Assembly: GCA_002269645.1 (NCBI GenBank)
Contig: NIVC01001517.1
Span: 124,001 to 188,000, forward strand
Direction of reading: 5' to 3'
Source of the DNA: Macrostomum lignano
Taxonomy: Eukaryota
Length of the DNA: 64,000 bases
This document shows, in pieces, positions 50,768 through 61,092 of the stretch. The notes beneath the pieces were generated by a model that saw only the letters and a list, made by a program, of their open reading frames with translations, was not told where the DNA came from and ran no database searches. Each line of letters starts with the position of its first letter. The stretch's first letter is position 1. The position numbers were made by a program, and so were the translations under genes.

Positions 50768-53668
50768 CTACTTGGTGCTGGGAATGTGCAGCCCCAGTCC
50801 GCGCGGTCCCATGCGGTCGGTCCGCTCCGCTTCGTGCAGCTCGAAGGCCAGCGAGCGCTGCCGCTCGGAGCGGAACGTGTCCAGCCGCGACCGGGCGCTG
50901 CGCTCGAAGCGTGGCATCTTCCACAGCGAGGCGGAGGCGTGCTGCTCGGCTGGCAGCAGGTACGACCGCAGCATGGAGGCCCGGGTCTCGTATGGCTGGC
51001 ACATCAGCGGCTGCGGGCATCGGGGGGCGGAGGGGCGGTGACCGCGGTAATCAGGTCCGCGCGATTCTCTAAAGCACGGAGTGAGCAGAGGCCTGATAAT
51101 GAGCACTCTCAGGGAGCGGTTCACCCCGTGTGTACGTGCTCGGGCAGGTAACACTGGAGACATATAACATGGAAGTGACGCTACTTTAAAAGTGCGTCCC
51201 TTGTGGACCAGCTCATGGCTGCGGGCTAGAGGAGGAGACGAAAGCAGAAGAAATAGAAGAGAGATAAGGAAAGAAGAGATGAGAGATGAGGATGGACATT
51301 AACCTCGGGGCCGTAGCCTGGTGATGTGCCGGCGGCCCAAGGCTCGATTCCGAGTGTAGTCTCATAAAATTGTGGCTAAATTGGTCCTGGAATTAACACC
51401 CTTGAGATCCAACCCCCAAGGCGCATTGAAGTGTACATGCCTAACGATAAATAAAGTTAGGGCCGCTGTACACTCCTGTGTGAGTGCAGTGCATAGGTAT
51501 CCGCGCGCTTGTGTGCCTGCTTAGGGGAGTAATGCCTCTCTCTCCGATTGTGTTACAATGTCGCTTTTACAATGGCGCGCCAGGACCCGCCTCTGATAAA
51601 AATGGACTTAAATCTTTGATAAAGGACCAAAGGGCCGGATAGAGAAGCTTCGCGGGCTGGAGTTTGCCGACGGAGAAGCCTCACAGTCTGCTCAGGACTC
51701 ATTCAGCAATTAAATTGACGCCTCGTTCTGTGACGCGCCATCAGTGTGAGATAGCATTTGGTAATTTAGTAAAAACAGGTTCGCTTGAGCTCACAACAAC
51801 TATGGAGCACGGAGCTAGCGGTGTTAAAACGAGTTTTTCCATCATAGACAAACTTCCAAAGCATTGTTTTTTTCCCAGCTGCTTTCTCACCTTCTTGGGC
51901 GTGGCGGCCGCCCTGGCCTGGTTCCCGCTGACCTGATCCCGGATCCAGTCGTTTTGGAACTTGTAGGCGATCAGCTCATGGATTGGCGTGGACGGCCTGC
52001 GGTTCCGTGGCGGGGGTAGCGGTGATGAAGGAAGCTGCGTCTGCATACATGGGAGGACTGTCTACAGCTGTTCCCAACTCCCTCTCACCTGTTTCCAACT
52101 CCCTCTCACCTCCCAACTCCCTCTCACCTGTTCCCAACTCCCTCTCACCTGTTCCCAACTCCCTCTCACATGTTCCCAACTCCCCTCTCACCTGTTCCCA
52201 ACTCCCCTCTCACCTGTTTCCAACTCCCTCTCACATGTTCCCAACTCCCTCTCACCTGTTCCCAACTCCCTCTCACCTGTTCCCAACCCCCCTCTCACCT
52301 GTTCCCAACTCCGTGCGCGGCATCCACAGGCGCGCGGCTGGTGGCAGCCCCAGTGCCGGAGGCGCGGCGGTCCCGCTCGGGCTGCTTCCGGTAGTCGTGC
52401 ATCGCCCGGAAGTCGCGGTTCTCCCGCATGGTGGCGTAGCCGCTGCGGGCGGCGTCCCGGTTGAGCGACACGAAGTCCTTGGGCTGCTGCTTGGGGCGGC
52501 TTAGCAGCGATGAGGAGCCCGCGTTGGCTGCCACGGGAGCGTCGGTCCAAGAAAAGGCTGGTTGGCGGGTTTAGAGAGTTTGCAATGTGACCAATTTGTC
52601 ATTAAACATTCCTTATAGTTTTGATTTGACTTGTTATTGACCTACCTTTCGGCAGTGCACTGTGGTCCCTGGCGGTGCTGATGCCCATGGTCATATTTGG
52701 TGGGAAGTGATGGCAGTGGGTCTTCGCTCGGGCCAGCTGCGACTAAAATTAATTATTGTGAGATTGGATTGGCTAAATCTGGGATTAAGAAAGTAAACAG
52801 TTTAGTTCATTGTTAAAACATTAAATGCTTAGAATTGATATACCACAGATGGCTTATTTGTTCAATTTATATTATAATGATGTTACTTTTGGAAAAGCCT
52901 TGAAGATTTTAACAAAAAATAAATATCTATGCTTGATAAATTTCTAATGATATTCATACTTGAGTGGAAAATTTCATGTTTTACTACAATTTATAGACAC
53001 TTAGTCTAAGTGGAGCAGAAATATAATTATATCTTTGTATGTTAGCAAAAATAAACACTGTATGCCACTTTTTTGTAGTAAAAAATAGTCTAAAAAATTT
53101 CCATTGCAATCAGACAATTGTAATTTTTTAAAATCACCAAAGCGAGTGGTCGCTCTGGATAAAAAAGTTCCAGAAAAATTAAAAGTACAAGTATTGACTA
53201 TGATATTTTTTCAATAAAAATAAACTCAAAAGTGAAAACTAATTTTAATTCTTTATTAAACAGAGTGACCTAAATTTATTGATGAGGCATGCAGATGTAG
53301 CATGCACATTGTTTTTTTAAGATTTCATAATTATGAGAGGCACAGCAAATTAATTTTTTATTGCAACCATGAAAATCTAAAACAAGAATGGCTTTCAAAA
53401 GTATTTGTGCTAGCGAAAAAACTAATAAAAGCTCACAGCTGTCTAGGCTAAACCCAGGTCAAACCAGTTTCAACAGTAGATAAGCAAGTAAATTTACACT
53501 AGAGTGACTAGATATTTAGTTGACGGCCAGTGGCTCGCTACTAGTACAATACAGCATTTGCTCGTAAAGTCTTACTCTTTGATGTATCTCATTTTCCAGC
53601 ATTGTCGGACGCTTATCGCCTAATACACCTGTCGCAGTATAGGTGTATCTGTCCACTGCCGCCGCCAT
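50768..53668 (-). CDS. CFAP77: Cilia- and flagella-associated protein 77; 5 exons: 53668-53576, 52742-52646, 52557-52299, 51996-51891, 51010-50768 (265 aa)
   Basis: All four introns are GT-AG and phase-consistent (0,1,2,0). The spliced protein is colinear with CFAP77 as I recall it: GVLGDKRPTMLEN; SQLARAK..FPPNMTMG; DFVSLNRDAARSGYATMRENRDFRAMHDYR; GVGNRPSTPIHELIAYKFQNDW; PYETRASMLR..LWKMPRFER..LDTF. Confidence 0.92.
51307..51355 (+). mobile_element. tRNA-derived (SINE-like) head in CFAP77 intron 4
   Basis: GGGGCCG-TAGCCTGGTG (A-box-like) and GGCTCGATTCC (B-box-like). No cloverleaf, and the extent of any element is unknown. Confidence 0.35.
52068..52312. repeat. 21-bp minisatellite (minus strand GGAGTTGGGAACAG/GTGAGAG) derived from the CFAP77 exon 3/intron 3 junction
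   Basis: About 11 tandem units; the first unit overlaps the coding end of exon 3. Confidence 0.92.
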
Positions 53669-53984
53669 TCTCTATGCAAACGTGTTGAATTGAAAGGAGA
53701 AATAAATGTCAGGCACAAAAAGTAAAGGCAGTAAGAGTAGGCTTTTAATATTCTGGAATCACAGACCCATGTTGAATTCTCGAGAAAATATCCCTAGGCA
53801 ATTAATATTTTACACATATTAAGGCCCCTAATACAATATTAAGTACTTAAGTACGAAAACCCTAACGTTTTCTAGGAGAAGAAAAACTTACGTTTTTACG
53901 CAAAACGCATTAGTAAGCTACCGACGTACTAGAATTTGTTTTAGTCTTAGATAAAATATACATAACCCGGCATTAAGTCCTTCT

Positions 53985-54065
53985 TCTAAATATACTAAAT
54001 CTCTAAGGTTTGTTTGTATGCTTGCTTGTCCATAACGCTCTAGAGATTGCAATTCTTGACCGATT
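53985..54065 (+). mobile_element. 5' fragment of a Helitron-like family-A-type element
   Basis: TC-start AATATACTAAATCTCTAAGG + (GTTT)-type microsatellite + ACCGATTT, matching the starts at 58831 and 61127; truncated at the family B start. Confidence 0.65.
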
Positions 54066-57000
54066 TCCAATATACTAAAAATCAAAACTATGTACCTACC
54101 TACCTACCTATCTATCTATAGGAACCTTCGTTTAACTTAATTGACTTTGCGTGGTCCGAATTTCGTGGGGTTTGCTGCATTCGATGCGTATTTATGGTGC
54201 GCTGGTACACAAAATTTTGCTAAGAAATTGCTTAAATTTTTCGGGATTAAATATTCGAAAAACTCGATTTTTTGCCCCGTTTTTTTAAGTTCAAACAGTT
54301 TTTTCCGATTGAGAAGCGTTCTGACTGCCGATGGAATTGTATTGCACCATAACTCAGTGCCAACTATAGCATTGGTTCTCTACACTGGCGTGGAAAGCTA
54401 CAAGCGTTGAAAGGTTGCGCAACACCTTTAAGTTATTGAAATTGGGAGGAGGGTGTCGCTATTCAATTTGTCCTGGGCATTGCTTGGTTGTTAATTTCAA
54501 TGCATCAACTTGCAGGCCTCTCACTGTAGCTGGCGCTGAATGTACACCTTATGAATTTGAATGCTTTAAAGCAGGAATGTTTAATCGTTGTTTGTGCTTC
54601 GAGTTTTTCGCTTTCAGAAGAGAGCCTTGTATTGCTGGAAAGAGCTAGAAACGCTGAGTTCGAGAATATAATTTGTTTGCAGAGATTCGAAAAATTAAAA
54701 GCACAGCATTAAAAAGAATATATTTTTATACTTTTTACTGTATATACTGATTGTACGCTCTCTCATATCGCAAACCCCTACTTATCGCAACTCCACAATT
54801 TAAGCCAGCTATTGAATTTAGATTTAGATTGCGTAACCATATTGTTGACTTTAATTGTTGACTTTATTAATTGAAACTGATATTGACCGCCTGAGAAATT
54901 GATTGATTATGTCATAACTGCTTCGAGTGATTTCTACTCTATGCTTGGAGTTTTCAAAGTGTTGAAATATATAATTGCTAAAATTCATGTTATCAAAACG
55001 ATAAGAGCTAGCATAGAAGTGAACAGACTGAACTGCTAATGCAGTGACGTGGGTTCAAATTTTTGAGTGTTAAAGTTTTTTATTAAAAATTTTAATTTCA
55101 AGACAGTTAAAGGAAACTTAAAAAAACGTCAGGTAAATTAGGTAAAAGAGAAGAAGCTACGAGCGTTCATGTAGTATATTCAAAAATTTTATTTAACTTT
55201 AAATTTTGAAAAGTTTTAAAAAGGACTATTCCAATAGATAAGAAATTAATTATTGTAATAGCTGACGAAATTGTTTCACAATCTTGCTGGGGGTACTTTC
55301 TATCAGGGGATGCTTGCTATCGGAAGGACGCTTGCTTTTGGGAATGCTTGCTCGGGGGAGATTGCTAACTGGGGGAATCACTGAGATGTCAAGGCTTGGC
55401 GGAGAAATTCCTGAGATGTCAAGTCTTAGAGGGAGGGAGGGAATTGCTGAGATGTCAAGGCTTCGGGGGAATCACTGAGATGTCAAGGCTTCGGGGGAAT
55501 CACTGAGATGTCAAGGCTTGGTAGGGAAATTCCTGAGACGTCAAGTCTCAGAGGGGGGGAATTGCTGAGATGTCAAGTCTTAGAGGGGGGGGGAATTGCT
55601 GGGATGTCAAGTCTTAGAGGGGGGAATTGCTGAGATGTCAAGTCTTAGAGGGGGGAATTGCTGAGATGTCAAGTCTTAGAGGGGGGGGAATTGCTGAGAT
55701 GTCAAGTCTTAGAGGGAGGGAGGGAATTGCTGAGATGTCAAGGCTTCGGGGGAATCACTGAGATGTCAAGGCTTTGGACGGTTAGAAATCGCTAAGATTT
55801 CAAGAGTTACTGAGGGAATTACTGAGATGTCAATGCTTAAGAGGGACTTGCTGAGATGCCAAGGCTTGGTGGGGAAATTCCTGAGATGTCAAGTCTTGGG
55901 GGGGGGAATTGCTGAGATGCCAAGGCTTGAGGGCGAATTGCTGAGATGTGAAGGCTTGGGGGAATTTCCGAGATGTCAATGCTTGGTGGGGAAATTCCTG
56001 AGAAGTCAAGTCTTAGAAGGGGGAATCTGTGAGATATCAAGTCTAAGGGGGGGGGGGAATTGCTGAGATGTGAAGGCTTGGGGGAATTTCCGAGATGTCA
56101 ATGCTTGGTGGGGAAATTCCTGAGAAGTCAAGTCTTAGAAAGGGGAATCTGTGAGATATCAAGTCTAAGGGGGGGGGAATTGCTGAGATGTGAAGGCTTG
56201 GGGGAATTTCTGAGATGTCAAAATCTTAGGGAAGGGAATTGCAGAGATTTCAAGTCCTGAGGGCGAATTGCTGAGATGTCATGTCTTTGGGGGGAATTCT
56301 ATGGATTGGGGATTCTTTGAATGAGGGAGGGGTGCTTCTAATATATATATTTGGATAGTGATTCATTGGGGAATTCCTTCTTTGGGGGATTATTATTTCG
56401 ATGGAGGGTTCTTTGAATGGGGGATTCTTTAGATGAAGGCTTCTTTCTATAGAGTGATCCTTTGGATATGAGATTATTTGGGGGGGGGGTTCTTTATGAG
56501 GGGATTCTTTGGATGGGGAGTATTTCGACGGTGGTTCTTTAGATGAGGGGATTCTTTGGCCAAGGATTCTTTTGATGGGGGATTTTTTGAATGGGAGATT
56601 CTTAAGAGGGGGAGTCTTTGGATAGGGATGAATGGGGGATTCTTTGGATAGGGATGGATGGGGGTTCTTTGGATAGGGATGGATGGGGGGTTCTTTGGAT
56701 AGGGATGGATGGGGGGTTCTTTGGATAGGGATGGATGGGGGGTTCTTTGGATAGGGATGGATGGGGGGTTCTTTGGATGAGGGATTCTTTGGACGGGGAT
56801 TCTGTGGAGTTCAAGTCTTAGGGGGGGGGATTGCTGAGATGTCAACGCTTTTGACTGGGAGAAATTTTTAAGATGTAAAGGAATACATCTACTGTATTCT
56901 GAGATATTACTGAGATATTACTGAGGCAATTACTGAGATATAAAGGCTTACTGGGTGAATTACTGAGATTTCACTGCTTAATGGGAAATTCCTTAGATGT

Positions 57001-58830
57001 CAAGTCTTACAGAGGGGAATTGCTGAGATGGCAAGACTTACTGGGGGAATTACTGAGATATAAAGGCTTACTGGGTGAATTACTGAGATTTCATTGCTTA
57101 ATGGGAAATTCCTTAGATGTCAAGTCTTACAGAGGGGAATTGCTGAGATGGCAAGACTTACTGGGGGAATTACTGAGATATAAAGGCTTACTGGGTGAAT
57201 TACTGAGATTTCATTGCTTAATGGGAAATTCCTTAGATGTCAAGTCTTACAGAGGGGAATTGCTGAGATGGCAAGACTTACTGGGGGAATTACTGAGATA
57301 TAAAGGCTTACTGGGGGAATTTCTGAGATGTCAAGGCGTGGGGGGAAGTTCTGAGATGTCAAGGCGTGGGAGGAATCACTGAGATGTCGAGACTTTAGAC
57401 GGGGAGAAATTGCTAAGATGTCAAGTCTTAGGGGGGGGGGAATTACTGAGATGTCAAGGCTTAAGGGTAATTTTTGAAATGTTAAGTCTTGGGGAGGGGA
57501 ATTACTGAGATTTCAAGGCTTGGTAGAAATCAAGGCTAGGATGTCAAGGCTAACTGCGGGAATTACGGGCGTACTGAAATATCAAGGCTTGCGCCGGAAT
57601 CGCTGAGATGTCAGAGCTTAAGAGGAAATTGCTGAAATGTCAAGTCTTGGGGGGATTTCTGAGGTGTCAAGGTTTGGGGGAATTGCTGAGATATTAAGTC
57701 TTGGGGGAAATTCTATGGATTGGGGATTTTTTGGATGAGGGGTGCTTCTAATGGATATCTTTGGATAGTTGATTCATTGGGAACTTCCTTCGATGGGGGA
57801 TTCTTTCGATAGAGGGTTCTTCCGATAAAGGGATCTTTTCGATATGGATTGGATTGGATTTGGATTGTTTGGACGGGGATTCTTTGCATGAGGGGATTCT
57901 TTAGATGGGGGTTATTTGGATGGGGGTTCTTTAGATGAGGGGATTCTTTGGCCAAGGATTCTATTTGGATGGGAGATTCTTTGGATTCTTTGGATGGGGA
58001 TTTCTTTGGATTCCTTGGATGGGGTTTCTGTTAATGGGGATTATTTGGATGTGGATTCTTTAGAGGGGGGTTTTCTGGAGGGGGATTCTTTGGATTCTTT
58101 GGATTGGGATTGTTTTGACGGGGGTTCTTTAGATGAGGGGATTCTCTTGTCAATGATTTTTTAGATAAGGGATAATTTGGATGTGAGAATCTTTGGATTA
58201 TTTAGATGGGGATTTTATGGATGGGGATTATTTGGATGTCGATTATTTAGATGGGGATTCTTTCGATATGGATGGATTGGGGGATTCTTTAGATAGGAAT
58301 GGACGCCGGGTTTTTCTGGATAGGGACGGATAGGAGGATTTTTTGGACAGGGATGGATGGGGGATTCTTTGGATATGGATGGATTTGAGATTCTTTGGAT
58401 ATGGAAGGATGGGGGGATTCTTTGGATAGGGATGGATTTGAGATTCTTTGGATGGGATTCTTCGGATCGGGATTATATCGATGGGGGGTTCTTTGAAAGG
58501 GGGATTCTTTGGATATAGGATTCTTTGCATGTGAGATTCTATTGATGGGCGATTCATTGGATGGGGAATTCTTCATATAGGAGGATTCCTTGAGTGGGGA
58601 ATCGTGTGGATTGTGTGGGGTGGGGAATAGAGTAGATTCTATCGATAAGGGTTCTTTAGATGGGGGATTCTTTGGATAGGGAATTCTTTGCATGTGAGAT
58701 TCTTTGCATCAGAGATTTTATAGATAGGGGATTTCTTGGATGAGGGATTCAGTTGGGTGAAATTTTATTGCGTGGGAAAACTGTGATTGGAGTTTTGACG
58801 GTAAGCCCCAACGGGTGTTGGATTGGCTAG
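54066..58830 (+). mobile_element. Non-autonomous Helitron-like element, family B copy 1, carrying minisatellite arrays
   Basis: Starts TCCAATATACTAAAAATC, with about 570 bp shared with 63482-64000. Ends with hairpin CCAAC-GGGT-GTTGG followed by CTAG (58827-58830). That the interior is one element is inferred. Confidence 0.7.
55370..58765. repeat. Alternating G-rich minisatellite blocks X (GGGGAATTGCTGAGATGTCAAGTCTTAGA; 55370-56285, 56815-57710) and Y (GGGATTCTTTGGAT; 56285-56810, 57710-58765)
   Basis: The X/Y junction sequence is duplicated (about 56275-56380 versus 57690-57790). Confidence 0.9.
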
Positions 58831-61092
58831 TCACAATATACTAAATCTCTAAGGTCTGTCTGTCTGTCTGTCTGACCGGTATTCCAGTCTACAGTCTGAA
58901 TGCCTGAACCGATTTTTTTCAAACTTGCTTCATTCAATTGCAAATTCTTGTGAGATTGTGTGGGTGTAATTGCATTTAAAAAATTCGAATGGGAAGATGG
59001 TTAAATATTCGAAAAACGAGTTTTCCCTATGCTTTCAATGGGAGGCTAGAAAAGGTCAAAATCTCACTAACTGAATTTCAATTCCAATTCAGATTGCGCC
59101 ACAACTTTTCTCTGTTCACTGTGTACGCCTCAATACTGGCTGCAATAAGGGAGAGGAAAATAATGCTCAGTGGCTGCGTGTGTACATTCTGACCCTGGCT
59201 GACTGGCGGACTGCATAGACAATTGCTATTAATAGATTTCACTCAACTCTGCATTGGCTCTGCCTGCACAACCTGTGCACACTGAGCAGCCTATCACTGC
59301 TATGTATTTGACTGCAGTGCCGAAGAATATATGGCTGATTTTTGCGCCCTCCGATCAGTAGGCGGAATAGCCGCAGTGTAGGCACTAGGACTAGGTTTAG
59401 GCTAGGCATAAGGTCCAAGGTTCGAGTCCGCCTCCCCAGCGGATAATTAAAATTAAATAAATTCATTCATTAGTAGCTTCTGCCTCGACTATTTTGAACA
59501 TTTTTTGATTAATTGTAATTAAATTTTTTTTATTAATTACAATAATTTATTTTTGCTACTCGCACAAGCCACTAAGCAAATTTGATTTGATTTGTAAAAT
59601 CCTAAGATCCCGTTAATTGTTATTATCTAGGTCTATAGAAGTAGATTTTTAGTATATAGGACTAAACTGCAGGGGATTAAATTACTAAACTGCAGATGAT
59701 GCTGCTAAACTGCTGAGGTATTGCTAAATGCTGAGTGGTGCAAGAGATTGCCGATATGTATCGAAAATAAATTAGTGAGCCATAAAATGCTGAGCTAATT
59801 TCTACAGTGTTGAAAGAATCATTGCAGTAGACGATGCTGCTAAACTGCTGAGGTATTGCTAAATGCTGAGTTGCGCAAGACTGCCAATATGTATCAAAAT
59901 TGATTAGTGCGCCGTCGTAAATGCTGAGCAAATTTTTAAATAATTGAAAATATCATTGCAGTTTGCTGAAAATACTGAGGGGCCAGCTGAGAGAACTGCA
60001 GACTGCTGAGGGGATAAATGAGAATTATTAAGGAAACACTTGCTGACTGCAAATGAATTGACTGCAGACTACTGAGGGGAACTGCAGATTGTTGAAAGGA
60101 TCATTGCAGACTGCAAAGGGGACAAACTGCAAACTGCCGAGGGGATAGCTGCAGACTGCTAGGATAATAATGGCAGACTTCTGAGGAGGATATCTAACTG
60201 TGAATAATTGTAGCTTGCAGAAGGGACAATTCTGGGTCCCTGAGGGATAAATGAATAATAATAATAAAAGTTGTAGAGTGCAAATGAGCTGTATGACTGC
60301 AGTCTGTTTTGCGGAATTAGAAGGGATAATTTCAGGTTGTTGTGGGGATAACTGCCAATTTCTGGGGAGGGTTTAACTTTAAACTTCTGAGGCGATAATA
60401 GTAGTCACCTTTTAGCAGTTTGGGAGTGGTGCTAATCTGGGGAGCGGTGCTATCTAAGGGAGTGGGGCTAATATAAAGGAGTGGGGGCTAATCTGGGGGA
60501 TTGGGGCTAATCTGGAGGAAGTAGCGGTGCAAATTTTTGCGGAGTAGTGCAAATCTGGAGAAGTAGTGCTAATCTGGGAAGGTGAAACTATCTGGGAAGC
60601 GGCGGTAATCTGTGGAGCGGTGCTAATCTAGGCTGAGTGCTAATCTGGGCTGAGTGCTAATCTGGGCTGAGTGCTAATCTGGGCTGAGTGCTAATCTAGG
60701 CTGAGTGCTAATCTGGGCTGAGTGCTAATCTGGGCTGAGTGCTAATCTGGGCGCAGTGCTAATCTGGGTGTAGTGCTAATCTGGGGGAAGTGGGGCTAAT
60801 CTGGGGGTGTAGGGCTAATATGGGAGAATAGCGCTAATCTGGTGAGGATTTGAATATAACGAATAATCATAAAAGAACTATAAATGAATTGACATTGCAA
60901 AGTTTCAAACATTAAGAAATGTAACTTTTTAGAACTTTTTAGTCTCAGTAAAATTGGTGTACAACTGCTTAGAGATTTGCTACTGCAGAACTGCTCGGAG
61001 ATTAGTGAGATTTGCTCAGCGACTGTGCAAAACTGCTTATAGACAAGCGCTCAACTGCTAAGAAGCCACGCGGAGGGGGGCTAAATGGCTAG
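58831..61092 (+). mobile_element. Non-autonomous Helitron-like element, family A copy 1
   Basis: 5' TC(ACAATATACTAAATCTCTAAGG) + (GTCT)n; 3' GC-rich stem AGCCACGCGGAGGGGGGCT then CTAG (61089-61092). No RepHel ORF. Near-identical to 61093-63481. Confidence 0.8.

Noticed and set aside
53520-53545. Possible Helitron 3' end (GCCAGTGGC hairpin + CTAGT) in CFAP77 intron 1
   Set aside because: The stem is very short and no matching 5' end was found, so it could be chance.
53706-53735. Head-to-head plus-strand gene start (MSGTKSKG then GTAAGA)
   Set aside because: Only about 38 bp from the CFAP77 ATG and no downstream exon before the Helitron array.
59361-59440. Functional tRNA gene
   Set aside because: The T-stem and acceptor stem do not pair in cloverleaf register and there is no clear anticodon arm; kept only as a tRNA-derived motif.
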